Assembly: GCA_963715875.1 (NCBI GenBank)
Contig: OY970281.1
Span: 1,135,946-1,199,945, forward strand
Length of the DNA: 64,000 nt
DNA from: an uncultured Acidobacteriaceae bacterium
Lineage (GTDB): Bacteria > Acidobacteriota > Terriglobia > Terriglobales > Acidobacteriaceae
Direction: 5' to 3'
How positions within the stretch are numbered: the stretch's first letter is position 1; the number at the start of each line of letters is the position of its first letter. The notes under the pieces are model-generated. The model was given only the letters and a program-made list of their open reading frames with translations, made no database searches and was not told the origin of the DNA. Both the position numbers and the translations under genes were made by a program. Below are positions 36,758 through 46,263 of the stretch, piece after piece.

Positions 36758-36973
36758 ATGCTAAAAAATCAAACCCCGCCCCACTTCTCCACCTACGATC
36801 AAAATCTTGTCCTCACGACCCTCGAACACGACCAACTCGTCAGAGCCAAAAAACACCCGATCCCCCGCCGCCACCTCAAAGGAGCCGAACTCGCAATCCT
36901 CTGGTCCCTCCGCATCTACCTGCTATTCATGATGACGGTAGTAGCCTACCAAGCCTGGATCGCCGCCCACTAA
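36758..36973 (+). CDS. Small hypothetical membrane protein
   Basis: Third-position C bias resembles that of neighbouring genes, and there is a C-terminal TM segment (LAILWSLRIYLLFMMTVVAYQAWIAA). The caveat is that its last ~25 nt are shared with a repeat copy at about 39915-39945. Confidence 0.35.
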   Translation: MLKNQTPPHFSTYDQNLVLTTLEHDQLVRAKKHPIPRRHLKGAELAILWSLRIYLLFMMTVVAYQAWIAAH

Positions 36974-36974
36974 C

Positions 36975-37024
36975 TTGTGAGCCCCTCTGTGAACCCCTGT
37001 GCCCCCTGTGGTAAAGATTTTGAC
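36975..37024 (+). repeat. Family D repeat, copy 5
   Basis: TTGTGAGCCCCTCTGTGAACCCCTGTGCCCCCTGTGGTAAAGATTTTGAC. Confidence 0.75.
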
Positions 37025-37043
37025 GTGTGACGGCCTCCACGCC

Positions 37044-38270
37044 CTAATTCAGATTCAAGCTGAAAATCACCCCCGCGTGGTGGGAACCGCCGTACGAGGC
37101 AGTCCCTTTCAGCGTCGTGTCCGAACTCTGCACGATGCCCGCGGGCACATAACCATCCGAAGCATCGAAATCGTGCAGCGATTCGAAACTACCCGAGGTA
37201 CTTACGGAAAAAACCGTGCCGCATCCCGCGCCATTTCCGCACTCCCCACCGAAAAACGTGATCCCGTACAAAGCGCCGTTGCTGCCTTGAATCAGATCAT
37301 ACGGAGCATAGCCCGAGGTATTTCCCTTGGCCCCAGAGAAGCTGTGCAGCGGAGTCACCACGCCGCTGGCCGTGAGTTGAAAAACCGTTCCGCCGCCAGT
37401 CGCCTCAGAACCACCAAGACTCGTCGTGCCATAGAAGTTGCCGTCCGATCCCTGAATCAACCACGCGGGCGAGCCGCCATCGGCGCAATCGGACAGACTG
37501 CAGAAACTGTAGACGACGCTGAATTGTCCTTGCGGAGTGATCTTGAAAACCGTGCCGCAGCCCCCGGGAGAGCAGAGATAGTAATATTGCCCTCCAGTCG
37601 TGGTAATGCCGTAAACGCTGCCATCGGCGGCGCGGATCAGAGGTTGAGGTTCGCCCGTGTTGCTGTAGGCATCAATGCAACCCGGTTGCGAGTCGCAGAA
37701 GTTATAGAGCGTCGTCAGCTTTCCGTTCGCGGCAAGGTGAAAGGCGCCGCCGAACTGGTGCGAGCCTGCTTCCAGAGTTGTGCCAAAAAAACCGCCCGCG
37801 CCGTCTTCCACCAGGCTGTTCGCATACCATCCTTCGGCGCAAAGGCAAAAACTGTGCAGCACCGTGAGTTTGCCGCTCAGGGTCAGCCGGTACACCTCGC
37901 CCAGGTCATTGGCTCCGCCGTTGGACGTCGTTCCGTACAGATTTCCGTCCGAGCCGAGGATCGGGCCGAACTCCGGAAGCGAACCGTCGGTGCACTTCGT
38001 CTGCGAACAAAAAGTGTAGAGCGCGGTGAGTTTCCCTGCCGGCGTGAGCTTGTAGATCAGCCCCTGCGAATTGGCGCCGCCCTGTAATGTAGCGCCGTAC
38101 AGATTGCCATCTTTCGCCAGGACCGGCGGCGTGAGCGGACGATTCCCGTTGCTGTTATCGAAGTTCTGCAACACTGCAAAGCTTTGTGCCGACACTGCCA
38201 GCGGCAACATGACCACGATGATCAAAGCCAGCAAGGCAAAGGTAGAGAAAGCACTTGAGATAGAACGCAT
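37044..38270 (-). CDS. GloVer-repeat (TIGR03803-like) secreted beta-propeller protein, paralogue 1. It has a distinct signal peptide and no IPT tail.
   Basis: Units such as DGNLYGTT..GG....G.V(F/Y)KLT..GK.T.L(Y/H)SFC recur. An AAGGAG RBS precedes ATG 38270. Confidence 0.8.
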   Translation of the reverse strand: MRSISSAFSTFALLALIIVVMLPLAVSAQSFAVLQNFDNSNGNRPLTPPVLAKDGNLYGATLQGGANSQGLIYKLTPAGKLTALYTFCSQTKCTDGSLPEFGPILGSDGNLYGTTSNGGANDLGEVYRLTLSGKLTVLHSFCLCAEGWYANSLVEDGAGGFFGTTLEAGSHQFGGAFHLAANGKLTTLYNFCDSQPGCIDAYSNTGEPQPLIRAADGSVYGITTTGGQYYYLCSPGGCGTVFKITPQGQFSVVYSFCSLSDCADGGSPAWLIQGSDGNFYGTTSLGGSEATGGGTVFQLTASGVVTPLHSFSGAKGNTSGYAPYDLIQGSNGALYGITFFGGECGNGAGCGTVFSVSTSGSFESLHDFDASDGYVPAGIVQSSDTTLKGTASYGGSHHAGVIFSLNLN

Positions 38271-38335
38271 GGCACACTCCTTGGCTGAGGCCAAAACAAG
38301 TTTGTTTGCGATCTGGAATCGCCTTCGTTAAGCTC

Positions 38336-39805
38336 CTACTTCGTCACCACAAACTGCGGATTACTATTCAGCGTTCCCGACGGAGTCACCACCGACACCA
38401 CCCCCGTCGTCGCTCCTGCTGGAACCGTCGCTTTGATATAGCTATCGGTTTCCACCGTGAAGGCGGCCTTCATGCCGTTGAACTCAACACTGCTTGACCC
38501 GGTCAAGTGATTGCCGAGAATAATGACGTGGGTCCCGACGATCCCGCGTACCGGTACCGTTTCTACCAGCGGGCTCAAATTGTTCGACACCGCGAAGATG
38601 GTGCCGTATTCACCCTCGCCCTGCGGCGCGCATCCATACAGCGTGCTGCCGTAGAGTTGTCCGTTCGTGGCTTGAAAAAGCGGGCTCCACGAGTCATAGC
38701 CTGGGCCACCGTAACTGCCGGCAACGCAATTGCCGAATGCATAAAGCTGCGTGGCTTTTCCCTCGGGCGTGACCTCCAGGATGCTTCCCGCGTTGTACAG
38801 CAATCCCGGCGTGGTCATATAAAGATTTCCATCGCTGGCCAGCGTCAATCCTTCGAAGGCATAGGCTTGTCTGAAGGTGAAATTCTGCAGCACGCTATAC
38901 ACATTTTCCGGAGTGATCTTAAAAACTGTCCCGTAGCCCTTGCTGCCACCACCCGAGGTTGTGCCATAAAAATTCCCGCCAGCGTCCTGCACGATCGTGG
39001 TCGGTCCCGTACCGGTAGGGCAGTTCCCGTTACGGATGTAACAGAAGTTCACCAGCGTCTGGTAAGTGCCCGAGGTTGGCAGTTCGTAAACGACGCCGCC
39101 TCCCCCCGCCGTACCTCCGGAAACCGCCACCCCGTACAGGTTTCCATCCATGCCTTCGATCGGGGGGAAAATCGGATACTCTCCATCTGTGCAATTCGCC
39201 TGCGAGCAAAAAGAGTACAGCGTCTTAAATTGGCCGGTTGCACTGATCTCGAAGATCGTCCCGACATTGGCATTCCCGCCGTTGTGGGTCGTGCCGTAAA
39301 GATTCCCATCGCTGCCCTGGATGATTCCGTTCGGGGACTGGCCATCCACACATGGCGTCGTGGGACAGAAGCTATACAAGGTCGTGAGCTCGCCGCGCAG
39401 CGTCATCTTGTAAACCGTTCCTGAGCCGTTTGTGGCGCCGGCATCGTTGCCACCGGAGTACGTCACTCCATACAGGTTTCCGTCGCTGCCGAGTACCGGC
39501 GACGCGGCGGGATACTCCCCGTCAGCGCAGTTAGCCAGCGAACAGAAACTGTAAAAATTGCTGGTCTTCCCTCCTGGAGTCAATTCGTAAACATTGCCCT
39601 TTCCATAGGCACCGCCGGCATTGGTCGTGCCGTAGTAGCGCCCGTTCGTCGCCTGAATGATCGTTTGTCCTTGCGGCAAATGTCCGTTCTCGCCATTGAA
39701 GTTCACGACGTTCGTGACGGTCTGTGCCTGGACGCCCACCGCCAGGCTGAAGGTGAAGGCCGCGATCGTAAGGCCGAGAACGGTCTGAAACTTGAAACTC
39801 TTCAT
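38336..39805 (-). CDS. GloVer-repeat beta-propeller protein with C-terminal IPT/TIG domain, paralogue 2
   Basis: The leader is MKSFKFQTVLGLTIAAFTFSLAVGVQAQ, followed by GloVer units with FC...C.DG Cys pairs. The tail is SSSVEFNGMKAAFTVETDSYIKATVPAGATTGVVSVVTPSGTLNSNPQFVVTK. Confidence 0.9.
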   Translation of the reverse strand: MKSFKFQTVLGLTIAAFTFSLAVGVQAQTVTNVVNFNGENGHLPQGQTIIQATNGRYYGTTNAGGAYGKGNVYELTPGGKTSNFYSFCSLANCADGEYPAASPVLGSDGNLYGVTYSGGNDAGATNGSGTVYKMTLRGELTTLYSFCPTTPCVDGQSPNGIIQGSDGNLYGTTHNGGNANVGTIFEISATGQFKTLYSFCSQANCTDGEYPIFPPIEGMDGNLYGVAVSGGTAGGGGVVYELPTSGTYQTLVNFCYIRNGNCPTGTGPTTIVQDAGGNFYGTTSGGGSKGYGTVFKITPENVYSVLQNFTFRQAYAFEGLTLASDGNLYMTTPGLLYNAGSILEVTPEGKATQLYAFGNCVAGSYGGPGYDSWSPLFQATNGQLYGSTLYGCAPQGEGEYGTIFAVSNNLSPLVETVPVRGIVGTHVIILGNHLTGSSSVEFNGMKAAFTVETDSYIKATVPAGATTGVVSVVTPSGTLNSNPQFVVTK

Positions 39806-39842
39806 CGAAATATCCCCCCGTTCCCACGAATGAATTCGGGAA

Positions 39843-39864
39843 GGGCACGACGTTTAGTCGTGCC
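39843..39864. repeat. Family F hairpin, copy 2
   Basis: GGGCACGACGTTTAGTCGTGCC, preceded by TTCGGGAA as in copy 3. Confidence 0.6.
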
Positions 39865-39914
39865 ATCCGTCGCAATTAAAGACACGGGCTTTAGCCACTG
39901 GAGGATACCGGTCG

Positions 39915-40046
39915 GCCGTTCAAGTCTGGATTGCCGCCCACTAACATCTGAGTCCCTCTGTGAGCCTCTGTGTCCCCTGTGTTAAAGATTTTGACTTTGA
40001 CTCTGTGAGCCTCTGTGTCCCCGTGTTAAAGACTTTGACTTTGGTT
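39915..40046 (+). repeat. Family D repeats, copy 6 (two tandem units)
   Basis: ...GCCGCCCACTAACATCTGAGTCCCTCTGTGAGCCTCTGTGTCCCCTGTGTTAAAGATTTTGACTTTGACTCTGTGAGCCTCTGTGTCCCCGTGTTAAAGACTTTGACTTTGG. Confidence 0.75.
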
Positions 40047-40071
40047 TGAATGAAACGCTACTGCGTAACCA

Positions 40072-41580
40072 CTATTTGCTCACCACAAACTGCGGATTCC
40101 CATTCAACGTCCCCGACGGAGTCACCACAGACACCACTCCCGTCGCCGCGCCCCTGGGCACCGTCGCCGTGATGTAGGTATCGGACTTCACCTTGAACGC
40201 CGCCTCCACGCCGTTGAACGTGACGCTGCTCGTTCCTGTCAGACCGTTCCCCAGAATGATCACGCTCTGCCCCACTTTGCCCGCCACGGGCGATGTTTCC
40301 ACCAGCGGGCTCAAGCCGTTCGTAACCGAATAAATCGTGCCATAGCCCCCACAGCCACCAGAGACGGTGCCGTCACCGCCATAAACGGTCATTCCGTAGA
40401 GAATGCCATTGGTGCCTTGAAAAAGCGTGCTCACCGGGTTGTAGCCCGTGGAACCACACTCGCTAAACGTGTAAAGCAGCGTCGCCACGCCCGCAGGAGA
40501 AATCTCCACGAGAATTCCTCCATTCGCGCCGAATTCGTTGCCTGTCGTCGTCGCATAGAGATTGCCATCATTGGCGATCATCAATCCTCCGACGGCCTGT
40601 CCTTGAGTGATGTTGAAACTCTGCACGACACTGAATTGGTTTGCCGGTGTGATCTCGAACACCACCCCATATCCCGCGTTGTCGCCGGTCTCGCTGCTGC
40701 CTCCAAATTCGGTTGTGCCAAAAATATTTCCATGGACATCCTGCACGATGTTGGTCGGAACCGACCCATCCGGACATGAGCCGCTCGAATAATTGCAAAA
40801 GTTGTGGAGCACCGTATAGGTTCCCGAAGCTGTCAGCTCATAAACCACTCCCGCCCCCATCGCGCCGCCGGAAGCAGTCCCGTAAAAGTTTCCGTCGATG
40901 CCCTGCAGCGGCGGGAACAGTGGACGTTCGCCATCGATGCAATTCGCCCGCGAACAGAAAGAGTACAGCTCGGTGAACTTGCCCTCCGGAGTGACCTTGA
41001 AGATCACACCTTCCTTAAACCTTCCCCCAATGGTTGTCGTTCCGTAAAAACTTCCGTCGCTCGCCTGGATGAGACCAGTCGGCCCCTGGCCGTCAATGCA
41101 GGGAGTAGAAGGACAAAAGGTATGGAGCGTCGTCAGCTTGCCCCCCAGCGTCAGCTTGTAGATGGTTCCTGAACCTGGATCGTCGTCGCCCTTGTAGTCG
41201 CCGGCATTGCTGCCACCGGCCAGCGTAACTCCATAGAGGTTTCCATCCCGTCCCAGCACAGGAGCCCAGATGGCGTTGGCCCCGTCCGTACACGCGCCCT
41301 TCACTGGCTTGGCGCAAAAGCTGTAAAGATTGCTCAGTTCTCCGCCGGATGTCACTTCGAAAATATTCCCTTGCCGATAAAATCCACCGGCGTCGGTTCC
41401 CCCATAAAAGCGTCCGTTCGTCGCCTGAATCAACGATCCAAAAGGTGCATCTCCCGTTTCGCGATTGAAGTTGGCAAGATTGGTGACAGTCTGTGCCTGC
41501 GCACACACTGCCAGGCCGAAGGTAAGCACCGCACATGCCAGTGCGCGTGCAACAGTGAGTAATGATTTGGAGTTCTTCAT
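40072..41580 (-). CDS. GloVer-repeat beta-propeller protein with IPT/TIG tail, paralogue 3
   Basis: The leader is MKNSKSLLTVARALACAVLTFGLAVCAQAQ (ATG 41580). The tail is ...VTFNGVEAAFKVKSDTYITATVPRGAATGVVSVVTPSGTLNGNPQFVVSK. Confidence 0.9.
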   Translation of the reverse strand: MKNSKSLLTVARALACAVLTFGLAVCAQAQTVTNLANFNRETGDAPFGSLIQATNGRFYGGTDAGGFYRQGNIFEVTSGGELSNLYSFCAKPVKGACTDGANAIWAPVLGRDGNLYGVTLAGGSNAGDYKGDDDPGSGTIYKLTLGGKLTTLHTFCPSTPCIDGQGPTGLIQASDGSFYGTTTIGGRFKEGVIFKVTPEGKFTELYSFCSRANCIDGERPLFPPLQGIDGNFYGTASGGAMGAGVVYELTASGTYTVLHNFCNYSSGSCPDGSVPTNIVQDVHGNIFGTTEFGGSSETGDNAGYGVVFEITPANQFSVVQSFNITQGQAVGGLMIANDGNLYATTTGNEFGANGGILVEISPAGVATLLYTFSECGSTGYNPVSTLFQGTNGILYGMTVYGGDGTVSGGCGGYGTIYSVTNGLSPLVETSPVAGKVGQSVIILGNGLTGTSSVTFNGVEAAFKVKSDTYITATVPRGAATGVVSVVTPSGTLNGNPQFVVSK

Positions 41581-41644
41581 CGAATTATCCCCCATGGATG
41601 CCCTGGCAGACTGCAGAAAACCCCGGTTCGAAGCGGTTCGGGAA

Positions 41645-41688
41645 GGGCACGAGTTCCAGCCTGCCCTGAGCGAAGCCGAAGGGTGCCG
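41645..41688. repeat. Family F hairpin, copy 3, split by the nested GCCTGCCCTGAG module
   Basis: TTCGGGAAGGGCACGAGTTCC[AGCCTGCCCTGAGCGAAGCCGAAGG]GTGCC. Confidence 0.55.
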
Positions 41689-41812
41689 CTAAGTCGCTGA
41701 AAATTGGATCGCGCTTCAGCGCCTGAGGTACGCTCCTTGCTGCTCCCCCGAGTTTTTCCGCAGCCTGCTAAAAAGGCACAGCACAAATTTTTGAAATCAG
41801 TGAAAACTCGAA

Positions 41813-43246
41813 CTACTTCGTCACCGCAAACTGCGGATAGCTATTCAACGTCCCCGACGGTGTGACCACAGACACCACCCCCGTCGTCGCCCCCGCCGGA
41901 ACCGTCGCCTTGATGTAGGTGTCCGACTCGATCGTGAATGCCGCTTCCACGCCGTTGAACGTCACGCTCGTCGATCGGTTCAAGCCATTGCCCAGAATCA
42001 GCACGCTCTGCCCAGTCGCTCCGGCTACAGGCACGGTCTCCACCAGCGGGCCAAGCCCGTACGAAAACTTGAAGACTTCGCCATCGTAGGTGCCCGGGCC
42101 GTAAGGTGTGACTCCATAAAAATTGCCATCCGTGCCCTGGAAAAGCGGCCCAACCGGTGGTGCGCCAATGCTCTTGTCCTCCGGCTTGAAGGTATAGATC
42201 CTCGAGTAAGCACCCTCCGGAGTCACCTTATAAATCGATCCGCTCGCCTCGGTGTCATAGCCAAACACTCCGTAGACATTGCCGTCGCTGCCGAGCATCA
42301 CTCCTTCATAGGGCCAGTCGTTGTAGTCGTCGAAATTGTGCAGCACCTGCAATTGATTGCCCGACGTGATCTCGAACACGCTGCCGTACGGACTGCCGCT
42401 TGCGCTGTACTCGGCTGTGCCAAAGAAGTTGCCATTGGCATCCCGCACCACGTCGTAGGGCTCTCCAGGAGCGGAACAGCCTTCGACGTAATAGCAGAAG
42501 TTGTAGAGCACCGAATATTTTCCTGCGGGAGTCAGTTCATATAAGACTCCGCCGCCCAGGCTTCCGCCGCCCGCAGTTACGCCATAAAAATTGCCGTCTG
42601 TCCCCAGGATGGGCGTGTTGGGGCCTGCGCCATCCGGGCAATTCGGACCCGCCGAGCAAAATGTGTGCACCACCTTCAACACCCCGGCCGGGGTGATGGA
42701 GAAAATGATTCCTCCGTTACTGGCATTGCCGCCCCCCGCGGCGCCGTAGAAATTCCCGTCCGCGCCAAGAACGATTGCGCCCGGCCCGGCGCCGCCCGTA
42801 CAAGGATGTGTGGGGCAGAACGAATACAGCACGCTGTATCTGCCGCTGAGACTCCATTTGTAAACCACCCCTTGATTTAGAATCCCGCCTCCCGCGGTTC
42901 CATAAAGGTTTCCATCGGTTCCCACCACCGGAGGCGTAGCCGGACTCGATCCGTCGGTACATCTCGGCTTCGAGCAAAAATTGTAGAGATCAGTGAGCTT
43001 TCCCGAAGGCGTCACGCGAAACAGCGTGCCGGACTGAGTGATTGGACTGCCGCCCGAGTCCGTCACGCCATAAATATTTCCATCGATCCCCTGGACGACC
43101 GATGAGAACGGTCCATATCCGTTATTCCCGTCGAAGCGTGCGATCGTGTGCAGGATTTGCCCCTGCGCGCGCACCGCCAGGCTGAGCGTGAAGGCCGCAC
43201 ACGCTAATGCAAAGCCAAGAGTGAGTAGAGATTTGGAACCCTTCAT
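41813..43246 (-). CDS. GloVer-repeat beta-propeller protein with IPT/TIG tail, paralogue 4
   Basis: The leader is MKGSKSLLTLGFALACAAFTLSLAVRAQGQ. The tail is ...VTFNGVEAAFTIESDTYIKATVPAGATTGVVSVVTPSGTLNSYPQFAVTK. Confidence 0.9.
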   Translation of the reverse strand: MKGSKSLLTLGFALACAAFTLSLAVRAQGQILHTIARFDGNNGYGPFSSVVQGIDGNIYGVTDSGGSPITQSGTLFRVTPSGKLTDLYNFCSKPRCTDGSSPATPPVVGTDGNLYGTAGGGILNQGVVYKWSLSGRYSVLYSFCPTHPCTGGAGPGAIVLGADGNFYGAAGGGNASNGGIIFSITPAGVLKVVHTFCSAGPNCPDGAGPNTPILGTDGNFYGVTAGGGSLGGGVLYELTPAGKYSVLYNFCYYVEGCSAPGEPYDVVRDANGNFFGTAEYSASGSPYGSVFEITSGNQLQVLHNFDDYNDWPYEGVMLGSDGNVYGVFGYDTEASGSIYKVTPEGAYSRIYTFKPEDKSIGAPPVGPLFQGTDGNFYGVTPYGPGTYDGEVFKFSYGLGPLVETVPVAGATGQSVLILGNGLNRSTSVTFNGVEAAFTIESDTYIKATVPAGATTGVVSVVTPSGTLNSYPQFAVTK

Positions 43247-43296
43247 CGGAACGTCCTCCTAAAGTGCGCCGCCAATGCAAAACAATCTCCGAACCT

Positions 43297-44745
43297 CTAC
43301 TTCGCCACCACAAACTGCGGATTACTATTCAGCGTCCCCGACGGCGTCACCACAGACACCACGCCGGTCTTCGCGCCCACCGGCACCGTCGCCGTGATGT
43401 AGGTATCGGATTCAACCGTAAAAGCCGCCGCCACGCCGTTGAACGTGACGCTGCTCGCTCCCGTCAGCCCGCTGCCCAAAACAATCACGCGCGCGCCCAC
43501 CGCCGCCGCACCCGGAACGGTTTTCACCAGCGGGCTCAGATTATTGGAAAAGCTGTACACAACTCCATCGCCGTGCGAGCCCCCGTCCGCCGTCGCGCCG
43601 TAGAAAATTCCGTCGGTGCCTTGCAGCAATCCGTAAGCCGCGTCGTAGGCGCTGCAGGTGGACGCGTTGCAGAAGCTATAGAGAGAAGTGTAGGTGCCCT
43701 CCGCCGTGATCTGGTAGATGTTGCCGTGGCCTTCGTCGCCACCGTTGGCCGTCGTTCCATACAGGTTGCCGTCATTGGCCAGAGTGGGTGCGGATTGGGG
43801 AAATCCTCCGTCGGTGTCGCCGTCAACGTTGAAGCTGTGCAGCACGATGTATTGGTCGGACGGGGTAATCTCGAAGACGGTGCCGTCCCCGTAAGCTCCG
43901 CCATACACGGTCGTGCCATAAAGATTGCCGTTTGCGTCCTGCACCAGCGTTGCGTCGGGATAGTTGCCGTCAGCGCAGTTTGGTTGAGAACAGAAGTTGT
44001 AGAGCGCTTTGTAGAGTCCCGCTGGCGTAATTTCATAGACCACGCCGCCGCTATGAAATCCTCCCCGAGAAGCCGTGCCGTAGAAGTTGCCGTTGCTGGC
44101 CTGCATCGGGCTGGCTTGTGGATTGGAACCGGTGCTGCAGCCAAGCTGGGCACAAAAGCTGTGCAGCGCCCTGAACTCGCCGAGCGAGGTGAGCTCGAAG
44201 AAAGTGCCATCGCCATATGCCCCGCCGTCCTCTGTCACTCCGTAGAAATTTCCGTTACTGCCCTCGATGATTCCCACCGGACTGATGCCGTCGGAACATG
44301 GCTCTGTCGGACAGAAGCTGTAGATGGTGGTCAATTTGCCACCAAGAGTCATTTTGTAGACCGTGCCGGCACCGCTGCTGTTGCCGCCGTTGACAGTGGT
44401 GCCATAGAAGTTTCCGTCGCTGCCCAGGATGGGAGCCGCTATCGGACGTATCCCATCGGCACAATTGGCGAGAGCGCAAAAGCTGTACAGATTGGTCAAT
44501 TTCCCGGCCGGCGTCAACTGGAAAATATCCCCGAAGCCGTACTTGCCCCCATAGAATGCAGCCCCGTAGTAGTGGCCGTTGGTGTCCTGCACCAGGCTTC
44601 CAAAGAAGGGAGCTTCGCCGTTGAATCCAGTGAAAGCACCCAGTGTGGTGAACGTTTGTGCCTGGGCGCGCACTGCCTGGCTGAGGGAGAAGGCCGCGCA
44701 TGTGAGTGCAAGGCCGAAAGTGAGCAAAAATTTGGAACGCTTCAT
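43297..44745 (-). CDS. GloVer-repeat beta-propeller protein with IPT/TIG tail, paralogue 5
   Basis: The leader is MKRSKFLLTFGLALTCAAFSLSQAVRAQAQ. The tail is ...VTFNGVAAAFTVESDTYITATVPVGAKTGVVSVVTPSGTLNSNPQFVVAK. Confidence 0.9.
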   Translation of the reverse strand: MKRSKFLLTFGLALTCAAFSLSQAVRAQAQTFTTLGAFTGFNGEAPFFGSLVQDTNGHYYGAAFYGGKYGFGDIFQLTPAGKLTNLYSFCALANCADGIRPIAAPILGSDGNFYGTTVNGGNSSGAGTVYKMTLGGKLTTIYSFCPTEPCSDGISPVGIIEGSNGNFYGVTEDGGAYGDGTFFELTSLGEFRALHSFCAQLGCSTGSNPQASPMQASNGNFYGTASRGGFHSGGVVYEITPAGLYKALYNFCSQPNCADGNYPDATLVQDANGNLYGTTVYGGAYGDGTVFEITPSDQYIVLHSFNVDGDTDGGFPQSAPTLANDGNLYGTTANGGDEGHGNIYQITAEGTYTSLYSFCNASTCSAYDAAYGLLQGTDGIFYGATADGGSHGDGVVYSFSNNLSPLVKTVPGAAAVGARVIVLGSGLTGASSVTFNGVAAAFTVESDTYITATVPVGAKTGVVSVVTPSGTLNSNPQFVVAK

Positions 44746-44800
44746 CGAAATGTTCTCCTGATTTCTTCCGCCGTTACGGAATGAAAATGAGTCGCCACAA

Positions 44801-46222
44801 CTACTTCGTCACCACAAACTGCGGATTACTATTCAGCGTTCCCGACGGCGTAACCACAGAAACCACGCCGGTCTTCGCTCCCGCCGGCACCGTCGCTTTG
44901 ATGTACGTATCAGACTCGACCGTGAACGCCGCTTCCACGCCGTTGAACGTGACGCTGCTCGCTCCCGTCAGCCCGTTGCCGAGGATGAAAACAGTTTTTC
45001 CGACTTTGCCCGCCCCCGGTGCCGCTTGTACCGACTGCCCCAGCCCATTCGAGAATTCGAAGACCGTACCCAACGGGTCGTACCCAGGGTTGCTCGGAGT
45101 AGTTCCATATAAATTGCCGTTGGTCCCTTGCATCAGCGGTCCAGCCGGCTCGTCCCCATAAGGAGGCGCGAAGGCATAGAGCGTCTTGAATCCTCCCGAC
45201 GCACCAATCTCAAAAATAGTTCCGGCATTGGAGGGACCGCCTTCTGCCGTGATTCCATAAAAATGGCCATCGCTGGCCAACGTCAATTTTTCGTCAGGAT
45301 AGGCTCCATCGGTCTTGTTGAAGGTGTGCAGGTTGATGAATTTTTGTTGCGCTGTGAGTTCAAAGACGGTTCCGTAGCCGCCACTGTCGCCACCATACTG
45401 GGTTGTGCCAAAGAAATTCCCATTGGCATCCTGCACCATCGCCACCGGCCCCGAGCCCGCGGTACAGGTGACTATCCCCCTGCAGAAGCTGTAGAGCACC
45501 TTAAATCTTCCCGCCAGCGTGAATCTGTACAAGACGCCGCCTGTGGGGGATTGCCACGTCGCGCCATACAGGTTTCCGTCGTTGCCCACGATCGGCGAAG
45601 AGACCGGACTAAAGCCATCTGCGCAATTCGCCAGCGAACAAAAACTGTAGAGCGATGTGAACTGGCCCGCCGGCGTGATCCTGAAAATCGTGCCCGCGTG
45701 GAAATTCCCTCCCCCGAAGGTTGTGCCGTAAAAGTTCCCGTCGCCGGCCTGGATGAGGCCGTTTGGAGCTAATCCGTCGGCGCAGTCCGCCAGCGAGCAG
45801 AACGTATAGAGGGTCGTAAGTTCGCCGCTCAGCGTCATCTTGTATACCGTTCCGTATCCCAAGGTGATTCCCGTGGTCGTACCGTAAAGGTTGCCGTCAC
45901 TTGCGAGTACGGGAGCCGACTCGGGAGCTGTGCCGTCGGCGCAATTAGACCGCAGGCAAAAATCGTAAACTGAGGTGATCTCTCCGCTGGGCGTAATACG
46001 GTAGACATTTCCCCCCCCATGTCCGCCGCCATTGGTGGTCGTGCCGTAAAAGTTCCCGTCCGTCGCCTGGGTTAACGAACCAAACGGCTGGTAGCCATTC
46101 GTTCCATCGAAGCTGGCAAGGTAGGAGAAGGTCTGTGCCTCGGCGCGCACCGCCAGGCTGAAGGTGAGAGCCGCACATGCGAGCGCAAGGCCAAGAGTGG
46201 TGAGAGATTTTGAGCGTTTCAT
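44801..46222 (-). CDS. GloVer-repeat beta-propeller protein with IPT/TIG tail, paralogue 6
   Basis: The leader is MKRSKSLTTLGLALACAALTFSLAVRAEAQ. The tail is ...VTFNGVEAAFTVESDTYIKATVPAGAKTGVVSVVTPSGTLNSNPQFVVTK. Confidence 0.9.
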   Translation of the reverse strand: MKRSKSLTTLGLALACAALTFSLAVRAEAQTFSYLASFDGTNGYQPFGSLTQATDGNFYGTTTNGGGHGGGNVYRITPSGEITSVYDFCLRSNCADGTAPESAPVLASDGNLYGTTTGITLGYGTVYKMTLSGELTTLYTFCSLADCADGLAPNGLIQAGDGNFYGTTFGGGNFHAGTIFRITPAGQFTSLYSFCSLANCADGFSPVSSPIVGNDGNLYGATWQSPTGGVLYRFTLAGRFKVLYSFCRGIVTCTAGSGPVAMVQDANGNFFGTTQYGGDSGGYGTVFELTAQQKFINLHTFNKTDGAYPDEKLTLASDGHFYGITAEGGPSNAGTIFEIGASGGFKTLYAFAPPYGDEPAGPLMQGTNGNLYGTTPSNPGYDPLGTVFEFSNGLGQSVQAAPGAGKVGKTVFILGNGLTGASSVTFNGVEAAFTVESDTYIKATVPAGAKTGVVSVVTPSGTLNSNPQFVVTK

Positions 46223-46263
46223 GATTCCCCCCAGTTTCGCGAAATCCTATCCAACCCCGATTG

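Noticed and set aside
43264-44784. 506-aa + strand ORF covering the whole of GloVer paralogue 5. Similar long antisense ORFs occur at 36999..38087, 38507..39424, 45128..45772, 46385..47428, 48460..49095 and 57120..58427.
   Set aside because: I considered a conserved overlapping antisense gene family. However, the products are Arg-rich and low-complexity, the starts and ends are not conserved between paralogues, and open antisense frames are expected from the codon bias.
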